Shown in pieces: positions 28,167-37,145 of a DNA stretch of 64,000 nucleotides. Under the pieces are notes generated by a model. It saw only the letters and a program-made list of their open reading frames with translations. It searched no databases and was not told the origin of the DNA. The position numbers and the translations under genes are program-made. Source of the stretch: Patescibacteria group bacterium (lineage in GTDB: Bacteria > Patescibacteriota > Patescibacteriia > UBA2591 > JAQUPP01); contig JAQUPP010000002.1 of NCBI GenBank assembly GCA_028716665.1, positions 139,717 through 203,716 of the forward strand, written 5' to 3'. Within the stretch, counting starts at the first letter, position 1. Each line of letters opens with the position of its first letter.

Positions 28167-29099
28167 ATGATTCAGGTTAAGAAAAATGTTTGTTTGGCGC
28201 CTTTGACCAGTTTTAAAATTGGCGGACCGGCCAAATATTTTTTGGAAGCCAAAAATGTTGATGAAGTTGCAGGGGGTTTGAAATGGGCCAAGAAAAATAA
28301 AATTAAATATTTTGTTTTGGGCGGCGGGAGCAATATATTGATATCGGATAGGGGATTTAACGGATTGGTGATAAAATTACTAATTACTAATTACAAATTA
28401 CTAAATAATAAATTAGTTGTCGGAGTTGGAACATCACTGGCCAAATTAGTCAGTACTTCAATTAAGGCCGGTTTAACTGGACTAGAATGGGCGGCAGGCA
28501 TTCCGGGCACTCTTGGGGGCGCAATATACGGCAATACGGGAGCCATGGGTCATTCTATTTCACAATCAGTGGAAAAGATAAAAGTTTTGAGAAACGGCAA
28601 GATAAAAAATTTAAAAAACAAAGACGCAAAATTCGCTTATCGGAAAAGTATTTTTCAAAAAAATAAAGATATTATTTTAGAGATTGAATTAAAATTGCAG
28701 AAAGGGGACAAGGAGGAAATTAAAAAATTGATAAAAGAAAATTTATTAAAAAGATCTCCAAATCAACCCCGTTATCCAAGCGCCGGATGCGTATTTAAAA
28801 ATTTCAGCTTAAGGCTGACCAGCCTCGGGCTGGCGAAATTATCAGAAAAGTACCCCGAGCTAGAAAATTTCAAGAAATCAGGCACGGTTTCAGCCGGCTG
28901 GTTGATTGAGAAATGCGGTTTAAAAGGCAAGCAAATCGGCCAAGCGCAAATCAGTGAGAAACATGCTAATTTCATAGTTAATCTGTGCAATGCCAGGGCC
29001 AAAGATGTTATTGCTTTAATCAATTTAGTCAAGAAAACAGTTAAAAATAAATTTAATTTTGATTTGAAAGAAGAAATACAATATGTCGATTTTAAATAG
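28167..29099 (+). CDS. murB: UDP-N-acetylenolpyruvoylglucosamine reductase
   Basis: TSFKIGGPA, LGGGSNIL, GIPGTLGGA, SAGCVFKN, SEKHANFIVN. Confidence 0.96.
   Translation: MIQVKKNVCLAPLTSFKIGGPAKYFLEAKNVDEVAGGLKWAKKNKIKYFVLGGGSNILISDRGFNGLVIKLLITNYKLLNNKLVVGVGTSLAKLVSTSIKAGLTGLEWAAGIPGTLGGAIYGNTGAMGHSISQSVEKIKVLRNGKIKNLKNKDAKFAYRKSIFQKNKDIILEIELKLQKGDKEEIKKLIKENLLKRSPNQPRYPSAGCVFKNFSLRLTSLGLAKLSEKYPELENFKKSGTVSAGWLIEKCGLKGKQIGQAQISEKHANFIVNLCNARAKDVIALINLVKKTVKNKFNFDLKEEIQYVDFK
28804..28833 (+). repeat. 30-bp in-frame double-hairpin element in murB
   Basis: tcagct-taa-ggctga + ccagcc-tcg-ggctgg; same architecture as the ppsA copies. Confidence 0.7.
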
Positions 29100-29766
29100 A
29101 AAATCATTGGAAATTGACGATTCGGTGAAGGTAGATTTTTTTTCTTTTGCTTTTAAATTTTATTTTTTCGGCGTTATCGGTTTAGCCTTGATTTTTTTGT
29201 CCGTTTGGCTGCCGATGTCCAAGGTTCAATTGACTGTTGCTTCCGAACCGTTAATTGCCAATTTTGAAATAAATTTGGATACTCAAGTTGATAACCCGAT
29301 TTTTAATTTGGATACTATTGGCGCCAAAATTATTCCCGTTTCAACCATAAAAAGTTTTCCCGGATATAAAACTTTGGAAGGACTTCAAGATAATGAAAGC
29401 GGCAAGGCAATAGTTTTTAAAGAAAAAGATTTGATTAATTTGGTGGATTATAAAATAAATTTTTTACTGGGCAATAATAAGCGTGTTCTTGATCCGGATC
29501 CTAAAAAATGGGGGATTGAGATTCTTGATAAAAATTTTTCAAAAGGCGAAGGGAAGATAAAGCTGGCTATTTCACAAAAAGTTGTTTATGATTATAATCT
29601 CAGTGAAATCAGGCAAAGCTTGTCTTTTAAGCCGCGAATTCAAGCTCAAGAAAAACTTAATGAATTGCCCGGTCTTCAAAAAATCAATATTAAAATTTAT
29701 TCCCCTTGTTATAGAAGAATGCCCATTTTTCCAAGCAGGATTTTTGTCTCTTTTATACCCATCTAG
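29083..29766 (+). CDS. Hypothetical membrane-anchored protein
   Basis: Single N-terminal TM; no recognised catalytic motif. Confidence 0.6.
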   Translation: MSILNRKSLEIDDSVKVDFFSFAFKFYFFGVIGLALIFLSVWLPMSKVQLTVASEPLIANFEINLDTQVDNPIFNLDTIGAKIIPVSTIKSFPGYKTLEGLQDNESGKAIVFKEKDLINLVDYKINFLLGNNKRVLDPDPKKWGIEILDKNFSKGEGKIKLAISQKVVYDYNLSEIRQSLSFKPRIQAQEKLNELPGLQKINIKIYSPCYRRMPIFPSRIFVSFIPI

Positions 29767-29849
29767 AGGTACTGCCCTTTGTTGGGGAAAACTTTAAAAG
29801 GGGCTTGACAAGATTTTTAAGATGTATAGAATAATAGTAATATTTATTT

Positions 29850-30080
29850 ATGCCAGATATTCAAAAAGTGTCCAAAGATTTTATAGAAGTTGAGGGAATG
29901 GTTACAGAGTCATTGCCAAATACTACTTTTCGTGTACAATTAAGTAACGAAAAAGTTATCTTAGCTTATTTATCGGGTAAGATGCGTTTGCATAAAATTA
30001 AAATTTTGCCTGGTGATAGAGTAAGAATTGAAATGAGCCCCTACGACTTAACTAAAGGAAGAATAGTGTATAGGAACTAA
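29850..30080 (+). CDS. infA: Translation initiation factor IF-1
   Basis: [25 protein letters not shown]; TTGACA...TAGAAT promoter at 29805-29832. Confidence 0.97.
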   Translation: MPDIQKVSKDFIEVEGMVTESLPNTTFRVQLSNEKVILAYLSGKMRLHKIKILPGDRVRIEMSPYDLTKGRIVYRN

Positions 30081-30178
30081 ATGCAAATCACTACAAATTT
30101 TATTAGAGTTACAAATTTTTACAAATATTGGTAGCGATTTGCATATTTGTTTAATTTGTAATAATTCGTAATCATAAT

Positions 30179-30292
30179 ATGAAAGTAAGATCATCCGTAA
30201 AAGCAATGTGCAGATTATGCAAAGTCGTCCGCCGAAAAAAGCGGCTTTATGTGCTTTGTAAAAATGCGAAACATAAACAAAGACAAGGATAA
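30179..30292 (+). CDS. rpmJ: 50S ribosomal protein L36 (absent from ORF track)
   Basis: Hand translation [37 protein letters not shown]. Confidence 0.97.
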   Translation: MKVRSSVKAMCRLCKVVRRKKRLYVLCKNAKHKQRQG

Positions 30293-30304
30293 AATTTTAA
30301 ATTT

Positions 30305-30691
30305 ATGGCAAGAATACAAGGCGTTGATTTACCAAAAGACAAAAGAATAGAAATAGGTTTAACCTATATTTTTGGCATTGGTCAAACAACTTCAAATAAA
30401 ATTTTAAAAGAAGCAAAAATAAATCCTAATAAGCGGGTTAAAGAACTGAATGCTCAAGAAGTTGAACAGCTTAAAAGTATTATAGATAGTATTAAAGTGG
30501 AAGGAGCATTACATAGCGCTATCGTGGCCAATATTAAAAGATTAAGAGATGTAGGTTGTTATAGAGGTATTAGACATACTCGTCATCTTCCTGTTCGTGG
30601 TCAACGAACAAAAACTAATTCAAGAACAGTTCGTGGCAATGTACGCAGAACTATGGCCAGCGGACATAAAGAAGCTACTAAAAAAGGATAA
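30305..30691 (+). CDS. rpsM: 30S ribosomal protein S13
   Basis: [27 protein letters not shown]. Confidence 0.98.
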   Translation: MARIQGVDLPKDKRIEIGLTYIFGIGQTTSNKILKEAKINPNKRVKELNAQEVEQLKSIIDSIKVEGALHSAIVANIKRLRDVGCYRGIRHTRHLPVRGQRTKTNSRTVRGNVRRTMASGHKEATKKG

Positions 30692-30697
30692 AATTAT

Positions 30698-31141
30698 ATG
30701 GCAAAAGAAAAAAAAGAAACTAAAAAAGAAACAGCTGAAGAACCCAAGAAAAATAAAAAAGTTAAAAAGATTAAAAAGGGTCAGGCTGTCAGACAAATTC
30801 CAAAAGGCCAGGCCTATATTCAGGCTACCTATAATAACACAATTGTGTCTCTTACTGATTTAATGGGTAATGTTTTATCTTGGTCAAGCGCCGGTAAATT
30901 GGGTTTTAGAGGTCCAAAAAAAGCGACTCCTTATGCCGCCAATATTATTGTTAAAGACGCGGTGGAAAAAGCTCAAAAATACGGACTTAAAGAAGTTCAA
31001 GTTTTTGTTAAGGGAGTTGGAATGGGAAGAGAAGCAGCGGTCAGATCTCTTTATACTTATGGCCTTGAAATTTCAACTATTAAAGATACAACTCCGACTC
31101 CTCATAATGGATGTCGCCCGCCAAAAGTAAGAAGGGTATAA
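30698..31141 (+). CDS. rpsK: 30S ribosomal protein S11
   Basis: [22 protein letters not shown]. Confidence 0.98.
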   Translation: MAKEKKETKKETAEEPKKNKKVKKIKKGQAVRQIPKGQAYIQATYNNTIVSLTDLMGNVLSWSSAGKLGFRGPKKATPYAANIIVKDAVEKAQKYGLKEVQVFVKGVGMGREAAVRSLYTYGLEISTIKDTTPTPHNGCRPPKVRRV

Positions 31142-31165
31142 CTTAAATTTTAAAACAATTTTAAT

Positions 31166-31789
31166 ATGAAATTCGGTCCTCAATGTAAAATATGTCGTCG
31201 TGAAGGCAAAAAACTTTTTCTAAAAGGTGATCGTTGTAATGCAGCGAAATGTCCTTTGCTTAAAAGAAAATATCCGCCGGGAATGCATGGCCCTAAGGGT
31301 TATGGTCGTTTATCAGAATACGGCGTTCAGTTAAGAGCAAAACAATGCCTTAAACGTTCTTATAATATTTTGGAACAGCAAATAAAAAATTATTTTAAAA
31401 AAGCCAAACGATTGAAAGGGGATACCGGAGTCAATTTCATGAAATTGATAGAATTAAGATTAGACAGTGTTATTTATCTGGCCGGTTTTGTTAATTCAAG
31501 AAAAAATGCCCGTCAGACAGTTTCTCACGGCAATATATTTGTTAATAATAAAGCGGTTGATATCCCGTCTTATCAAGTACAAGTGGGCGATATCATCACT
31601 CCTCGGCCGAAAAAGGAAATTACCGATAAAGTCAGCGAACAATTAAATTCAAGAAAAGACCAAGGATTAAAATCATGGTTTAACGTTGATGCCAAGAATC
31701 TTAAGGTTACGATTCTTAAAGAACCGGAGCCGGAAGATCTTCCTAAAGAATTTGATATTAAATTAATTATTGAGTTTTATAATCGATAG
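31166..31789 (+). CDS. rpsD: 30S ribosomal protein S4
   Basis: CKICRREG, SEYGVQLRAKQ, ELRLD, IIEFY. Confidence 0.97.
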   Translation: MKFGPQCKICRREGKKLFLKGDRCNAAKCPLLKRKYPPGMHGPKGYGRLSEYGVQLRAKQCLKRSYNILEQQIKNYFKKAKRLKGDTGVNFMKLIELRLDSVIYLAGFVNSRKNARQTVSHGNIFVNNKAVDIPSYQVQVGDIITPRPKKEITDKVSEQLNSRKDQGLKSWFNVDAKNLKVTILKEPEPEDLPKEFDIKLIIEFYNR

Positions 31790-31799
31790 TTTATATATT

Positions 31800-32597
31800 A
31801 TGAAAAATATTTCTTTGCCAGTTAAAATTGAATATCAAGCTGACGAAAAAAATAAAAATAAAGGTTCTGTTATTGTCGAACCTTGCTATCCGGGTTATGG
31901 AAACACATGGGGAAATGCCTTACGCCGCGTTTTGCTTTCATCATTAGAAGGAGCAGCGGTAACCGCAGTTAAGATTAAGGGCGCGAAATATGAATTTTCC
32001 GCCATGTCGGACGTTTCAGAAGATATTTTGGATATAATTTTGAATTTGAAATCATTACGCCTTAAAATTTTAAGTGATACCAATGAACCGATTAAATTGA
32101 ATCTTAAAGCAAGCGGAGAAAAAAAGGTAACCGCCGGCGATATTACGCCTTGTGCTGATGTTGAAATTTTAAATCCAGAATTGATTATTGCCACTTTAAC
32201 AGACAAAAAAATTCATTTTGAAATGGATATTTGGGTACAGAAAGGATATAGCTGGATTTCTTCAGAAGAGAAAAGCCGTGAAGGATTAGAAGTGGGAATA
32301 ATCGTTACTGATTCAATTTTTACTCCTGTTGTGCAAGTGGCGGTTAATATAGAAAATGTCCGTGTCGGCAAAAGAACTGATTTTGACAAACTTATAGTAA
32401 CCATTGAAACAAATGGCGCTCTAACTCCTCAGGAAGCTTTTTATACCGCCAGCCAATTATTAACTGAACAATTTTCCGCTTTAACTGACGGTTCTAGATT
32501 GATAATGGAAACTAAGGCGACAAAAGAAAAAACTAAAGATAAAAAAGAGAAAAAAGAGAAAAAAACTGCCGTAAAATCTAAGAAAAAATCGAAATAA
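31800..32597 (+). CDS. rpoA: RNA polymerase alpha subunit (no recognisable alpha-CTD)
   Basis: EPCYPGYGNTWGNALRRVLLSSL, ENVRVGKRTDFDKL; ends in Lys-rich tail; start set to ATG 31800. Confidence 0.95.
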   Translation: MKNISLPVKIEYQADEKNKNKGSVIVEPCYPGYGNTWGNALRRVLLSSLEGAAVTAVKIKGAKYEFSAMSDVSEDILDIILNLKSLRLKILSDTNEPIKLNLKASGEKKVTAGDITPCADVEILNPELIIATLTDKKIHFEMDIWVQKGYSWISSEEKSREGLEVGIIVTDSIFTPVVQVAVNIENVRVGKRTDFDKLIVTIETNGALTPQEAFYTASQLLTEQFSALTDGSRLIMETKATKEKTKDKKEKKEKKTAVKSKKKSK

Positions 32598-32606
32598 AAT
32601 TTTGGT

Positions 32607-32960
32607 ATGAAGCATAGAAATAAAAAAAAGATTCTATCTAGAAAAATCGGTCCGCGAAAGGCCTTGATTAGAATTATGGCCATTAATTTTCTTTTAAAAG
32701 AAAAAATTAAAACCACAGAAGCAAAAGCCAAGGCAGTAAGACCGATAATTGAACGTTTAATTTCTTCGGCTAAAACTGATGATTTGGCTACCAGAAGAAA
32801 AATCATTGCCTCTCTTAATAATATTGAAGTTACCAAAAAACTTTTGGAAAAAATCGGTCCGAGATATAAAGAAAGAGCAGGCGGTTATATAAGAATTATA
32901 AAAATCGGCCGACGCCGCGGAGACGCTGCGGAGATGGTTTTTATGGAATTAGTTAAATAA
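32607..32960 (+). CDS. rplQ: 50S ribosomal protein L17
   Basis: MKHR, IKTTEAKAK, GGYIRIIK, RRGDAA. Confidence 0.97.
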   Translation: MKHRNKKKILSRKIGPRKALIRIMAINFLLKEKIKTTEAKAKAVRPIIERLISSAKTDDLATRRKIIASLNNIEVTKKLLEKIGPRYKERAGGYIRIIKIGRRRGDAAEMVFMELVK

Positions 32961-32975
32961 ATTTGATATCATTCT

Positions 32976-33332
32976 ATGAAAAATGTAATTCGTAAAATAC
33001 ATACAATTGATGCCACAGATAAAGCGATTGGGCGTTTGGCGACAGAAGCTGTCAGGCTTCTTTCAGGTAAGCATAAAGTTGAATATGTTCCGTATCTTGA
33101 CCAAGGCGACATTGTAGTTGTCAAAAATCTTGAAAAGGTTAAAATTACCGGTCAAAAATTAACTCAGAAAAAATATTATCATTATAGTGGTTATCCGGGC
33201 GGTATGAAAACGAGAACAATGGGCAAGATTTTTGTAAAAAATCCGCAAGATGTTTTACATCGAGCTGTTTACAATATGTTACCCAAGAATCAGTTGAGAA
33301 GGGGAATGATTAAAAGATTAAAATTTATTTAA
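32976..33332 (+). CDS. rplM: 50S ribosomal protein L13
   Basis: IDA...GRLAT, GKHK, YHYSGYPGG, MLPKN. Confidence 0.96.
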   Translation: MKNVIRKIHTIDATDKAIGRLATEAVRLLSGKHKVEYVPYLDQGDIVVVKNLEKVKITGQKLTQKKYYHYSGYPGGMKTRTMGKIFVKNPQDVLHRAVYNMLPKNQLRRGMIKRLKFI

Positions 33333-33407
33333 AATTTATTTTTTACAAATAAAAAAACTTCCCCGTTAAGGGGTTGTTTTTTTAGTTAAATTTGATAAAA
33401 TGATTCT

Positions 33408-33899
33408 ATGTCAAAAATGGATATCAAAAAATTCGGCGACTCTATCTTAAGAGTAAGATGCCAAGAAATAAAAAATATCGACGACCAGGTAAAAAAAACC
33501 GCCATGGAAATGTTGGAAACAATGTATCATGGCAGGGGAGTTGGGTTAGCCGCTCCTCAAGTTGGTCTTAATTGGCAGTTGGTTGTAATTGATGCGGGCA
33601 AAGGGCCTCTGGTTTTAATTAATCCAAAAATTATTCAAAAATCAAATATTTTGGTCAAAGGCGAAGAGGGTTGTTTAAGTTTGCCAAATGTGAGTTTAAA
33701 AATAAAAAGGCCTTCTTGGGTTGAAATAGAAAACAGAAATATTAAAACTGATAATATTCAAAAATTTAAAGCTGAGGGATTGTTGGCCAGAGTCATTCAA
33801 CACGAAATGGATCATCTTGAAGGAAAATTGATTATTGATCGAGTTCCATTTTGGGAAAAATGGTGCGCCTTGGGAAAATTAAAAACAAACATGAAATAA
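33408..33899 (+). CDS. def: Peptide deformylase
   Basis: GVGLAAPQVG, EGCLS, QHEMDH. Confidence 0.97.
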   Translation: MSKMDIKKFGDSILRVRCQEIKNIDDQVKKTAMEMLETMYHGRGVGLAAPQVGLNWQLVVIDAGKGPLVLINPKIIQKSNILVKGEEGCLSLPNVSLKIKRPSWVEIENRNIKTDNIQKFKAEGLLARVIQHEMDHLEGKLIIDRVPFWEKWCALGKLKTNMK

Positions 33900-33915
33900 A
33901 TTGATAACGAATGGT

Positions 33916-34090
33916 GGCGAAACCCGCCTTCACTCAGCGCTCCAAATCCTTGAAAATTATACTCGTTTTATTTTTAAAAATTCATAACTCCTCTCCCGAC
34001 TATAGCGGGATCGTCAAACAGATGAATTTTTCAATAAAACTCCTTAATTTTCTAAGGCTTTTCCGCGATTTCGTTCAGGCGAATTTCGCC
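33916..34090. mobile_element. 175-bp MITE-like long-hairpin element, copy 2
   Basis: Near-identical to 6759-6933; terminal stem ggcgaaa..cgcct/aggcg..tttcgcc. Confidence 0.75.
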
Positions 34091-34111
34091 ATAAGCATAT
34101 TTGATAATTTT

Positions 34112-34297
34112 GCGAGCGTAGTATAAGGGGTATTATGTCATCTTCTTTACCCCGTTAAATTTTGCGGGATTAGTATAGTGGTAATACGCTTCCTTCCCAA
34201 GGAAGAACTGCCAGTTCGATTCTGGTATCCCGCTCATAACGAAGCAAAATTTTTGCGGGGCCAAGGTGAAGAAACGGGTTCGATTCCCGTTACTCCA
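34112..34297 (+). pseudogene. Degenerate tRNA-Gly split at the anticodon by a 115-bp insert
   Basis: 5' half 34112-34145 (gcgagcg-ta-gtataa...tcatc-ttc); 3' half 34261-34297 (ccaa-ggtga...acggg-ttcgatt-cccgt); acceptor stem mispaired. Confidence 0.75.
34164..34234 (+). tRNA. tRNA-Gly(CCC)
   Basis: Acceptor gcgggat/atcccgc; anticodon arm cttcc-ttCCCaa-ggaag; T arm with ttcgatt loop. Confidence 0.92.
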
Positions 34298-34302
34298 AAT
34301 AA

Positions 34303-34376
34303 GCCCTCTTAGTTCAGTGGTAGAACAGCGGTATCGTAAACCGCATACGTCAGTTCGATTCTGACAGAGGGCTCCA
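34303..34376 (+). tRNA. tRNA-Thr(CGT)
   Basis: Acceptor gccctct/agagggc; gcggt-atCGTaa-accgc; gtcag-ttcgatt-ctgac; CCA encoded. Confidence 0.95.
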
Positions 34377-34404
34377 TAAATGAATATTTTTTATATTTTA
34401 AAAT

Positions 34405-35178
34405 ATGCCAAATTCAATGGAACAATTTGATTTTTTTGAATCAAAAAGTTTGAAAAAAACAAAGAATAAAAGAGAGGATGAACAAAAAATTGATACAAGT
34501 GTTATCTTGAAAAAAATAAAAACTCCTCGATTTAGAGAAGCCATTTATGGAGATGGCTTATTTGAGTCGCTCATTCATTTAGTTAAAGAGCTTAAAAAAG
34601 AAATGCCAAATTATGACACCATTCTTTCAGATGATATCAGCGGGCGAGAAGTTTCTCTATTATTACGGCGTTTAATCGATAAAAAAAGAACTGAATTGAA
34701 TAAGCCTCCGGTAAAAACTTATTTTTTAGCCTCCGGTCGCCATATAACTTATGAATCAAAAATTTTTGATGGTATTAAAAATTTTATAAAAAATGAAAAA
34801 GATCATTTGGGTAAGGTTTTATTAGTCACGGAATTTATTTCTTCGGGTGAGAGCATATCTAAATTAGTGAATATTTTAGAACAATTAGAAATTGATTTTG
34901 ACATAGCTGCTGTTTCTATGCAAAATTCACCTAAAGATGAGGGTTATCAGAATAATATTGGTTATTTAAATAAAAAAATTAAATACGGAGATGTTGGCAA
35001 GGGAGGGCTTGCTTTTCATGATCGAACGCAATCAATAGATAAAATATTTATATATGAAAAAGATATTTCAGCTCATCCTTATGTTAAACAAGATATTCTC
35101 AAAGAAGAACAAAAAGAAATAAAGGAATCACGCGAAGACGTGGAAGTTCTGGCGGAAGAATTATCCAAGTTTATTTAA
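34405..35178 (+). CDS. Hypothetical protein, phosphoribosyltransferase-like fold
   Basis: VLLVTEFISSGESI resembles a degenerate PRPP-binding loop. Confidence 0.5.
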   Translation: MPNSMEQFDFFESKSLKKTKNKREDEQKIDTSVILKKIKTPRFREAIYGDGLFESLIHLVKELKKEMPNYDTILSDDISGREVSLLLRRLIDKKRTELNKPPVKTYFLASGRHITYESKIFDGIKNFIKNEKDHLGKVLLVTEFISSGESISKLVNILEQLEIDFDIAAVSMQNSPKDEGYQNNIGYLNKKIKYGDVGKGGLAFHDRTQSIDKIFIYEKDISAHPYVKQDILKEEQKEIKESREDVEVLAEELSKFI

Positions 35179-35231
35179 ATTAGTTTTCAGAGGATAGAAA
35201 AATAACTATTTTAATGCTATAATGTTAAGGT

Positions 35232-35912
35232 ATGATCAAATTTGCTAATGTTACTAAATTCTATCGGCCGAATACTTACGCTTTGCGCAATGTTTCTTTT
35301 CATATTAAACCGGGCGAATTTGTTTCCATTGTCGGTCAATCAGGAGCGGGGAAAAGCACTATCATAAAATTATTAACCGCAGAAGAAAAAGCAGACGAAG
35401 GAAAAATTATTATCGGCGGATGGGATATTACCAAAGTCAGGCCGGCCGAAATACCGACTTTAAGACGGCAGCTTGGCGTAGTTTTCCAGGATTTCAAGCT
35501 TTTATCTAAAAAAACGGTTTATGAAAATATCGCCTTTGCCTTGGAAGTGATTAACACGCCCTATAAAAATATCAAACCGATTGTTAAACAAGTTTTAAAA
35601 ATTGTCGGTTTGGAGAATAAAATTAATTATTTTCCGAGACAATTATCATCCGGCGAGGCACAGAGAGTGGTTATTGCCAGATCGCTCGTTCATCGCCCAA
35701 AAATATTATTGGCCGACGAACCGACCGGCAATCTTGATCCTATCACTACTCGCGATATTATTGAACTTTTGACAAAAATCAATGAATTTGGCACCACAAT
35801 TTTATTGGTAACCCATAATCGGGAAATAGTTAATTTCTTTAAAAAGAGAGTTATTACCTTGGATAGAGGAGTGGTTATTGGCGATCAGACAAGAGGCAGA
35901 TACGTTATCTAA
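35232..35912 (+). CDS. ftsE: Cell division ATP-binding protein FtsE
   Basis: GQSGAGKST, LRRQLGVVFQDFKLL, ADEPTGNLDP. Confidence 0.88.
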   Translation: MIKFANVTKFYRPNTYALRNVSFHIKPGEFVSIVGQSGAGKSTIIKLLTAEEKADEGKIIIGGWDITKVRPAEIPTLRRQLGVVFQDFKLLSKKTVYENIAFALEVINTPYKNIKPIVKQVLKIVGLENKINYFPRQLSSGEAQRVVIARSLVHRPKILLADEPTGNLDPITTRDIIELLTKINEFGTTILLVTHNREIVNFFKKRVITLDRGVVIGDQTRGRYVI

Positions 35913-36000
35913 ATGCCAATAGTTACAAATTTTAATATTTACGATGATAAAGTTTTTAAAGTAATCGGGTAAGAATATTTTTTAACATAATAATTTGATT

Positions 36001-36228
36001 ATGCCGCAAAAAATTGAAGACGCGGACAAGATTCTAATATCCAAACAAAAATGGATGATTATCGGTTTATTGATTATTATTTTTAATCCTTTGCCGGCAG
36101 GATTGATTTACGGTTTTGCTTTATGGCGGGAGAAAAAATTTCAAGCTGAAGGGAAATTAATGATGATTTTTTCTTTGCTTTGGGGTGGAATTTCTTTAGC
36201 TTTGACTAAGCAATATTTAGGATATTAA
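36001..36228 (+). CDS. Small membrane protein
   Basis: Hydrophobic ORF, ATG at 36001. Confidence 0.55.
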   Translation: MPQKIEDADKILISKQKWMIIGLLIIIFNPLPAGLIYGFALWREKKFQAEGKLMMIFSLLWGGISLALTKQYLGY

Positions 36229-36371
36229 ATATCTACCTTCATTGAGAGTTAATAGGGGTTCTAAGACCCTCTATTTTTTACTTCATATACTGAATTGGAG
36301 CGGGGTTGACAATATTAAACTTTAAGGATATATTTAAATATAGAGGAAAATAATAAATTAAATTTAATTTT

Positions 36372-36836
36372 ATGAGGAAAGAAAACAATCTACCTCAAAA
36401 TTTAACCTCAAACAAGAGAGAACAAATGGGACCAATGGGAGACGAAGACGTTTTAGATGTAAAAAATGGAATATCAGAAATAATGGCTTCTGTTGAAGAA
36501 ATTTATGATCCAAAAAAGAGAAAAGAAGTTTTAGAAAAAATGTTAGAAAAGATAGACGGTGTAACAGAAAGCGCGCCCCAAAAAGCAGAAAAAGAAATTG
36601 GAAATAACGAAATAGGAAATTTTAATTATCCATCTTTAGGGGCGGGCGAAATAGATAAAAAATTTACCTCGGACATAGAAGTGGAAATTGAGCACACTGC
36701 GATGCCGAAAATTAAAAAAATTATCAATACAATTCAAAATTCAAAAATTAAAACAGAAGTCTTGGAAAATATAATAAGTATGATAAAGGGAGAACTAGAA
36801 AAAGTGAAAACGGAATTAGAAAAATTAGGAAAGTAA
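36372..36836 (+). CDS. Hypothetical protein
   Basis: ORF preceded by TTGACA promoter (~36306). Confidence 0.6.
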   Translation: MRKENNLPQNLTSNKREQMGPMGDEDVLDVKNGISEIMASVEEIYDPKKRKEVLEKMLEKIDGVTESAPQKAEKEIGNNEIGNFNYPSLGAGEIDKKFTSDIEVEIEHTAMPKIKKIINTIQNSKIKTEVLENIISMIKGELEKVKTELEKLGK

Positions 36837-36850
36837 TTTAGTATTGTTTT

Positions 36851-37141
36851 ATGCGTATTAAAATTGATTTAGACGATTCCATTAATCCGGTTGTTTTTAT
36901 CAGGCGAACCGGTTACGCGGAAATTAAAGATTTTAGAAGCGGTCAAACAAGTTATATTCGCAGATTGCGCGGCTATCATTATCCGCGTTTTCATATTTAT
37001 ATAGAAAATGGATATTTTAATCTTCATTTGGATCAGAAAGCGCCCAGTTATGAAGGCACTTCGGCTCATAGCGGCGAATATGAAGGCAGGGTAGTAGAAG
37101 AAGAGGCGGAAAGAATTAAAAAATTTTTTAATAAAAAATAA
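36851..37141 (+). CDS. Hypothetical protein
   Basis: Clean ORF in operon context (YPRFHIY, LHLDQK, HSGEY). Confidence 0.7.
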   Translation: MRIKIDLDDSINPVVFIRRTGYAEIKDFRSGQTSYIRRLRGYHYPRFHIYIENGYFNLHLDQKAPSYEGTSAHSGEYEGRVVEEEAERIKKFFNKK

Positions 37142-37145
37142 ATTT

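Noticed and set aside
33911-34126. 71-aa ORF after def
   Set aside because: Coincides with the 175-bp repeat; the other copy has no equivalent ORF.
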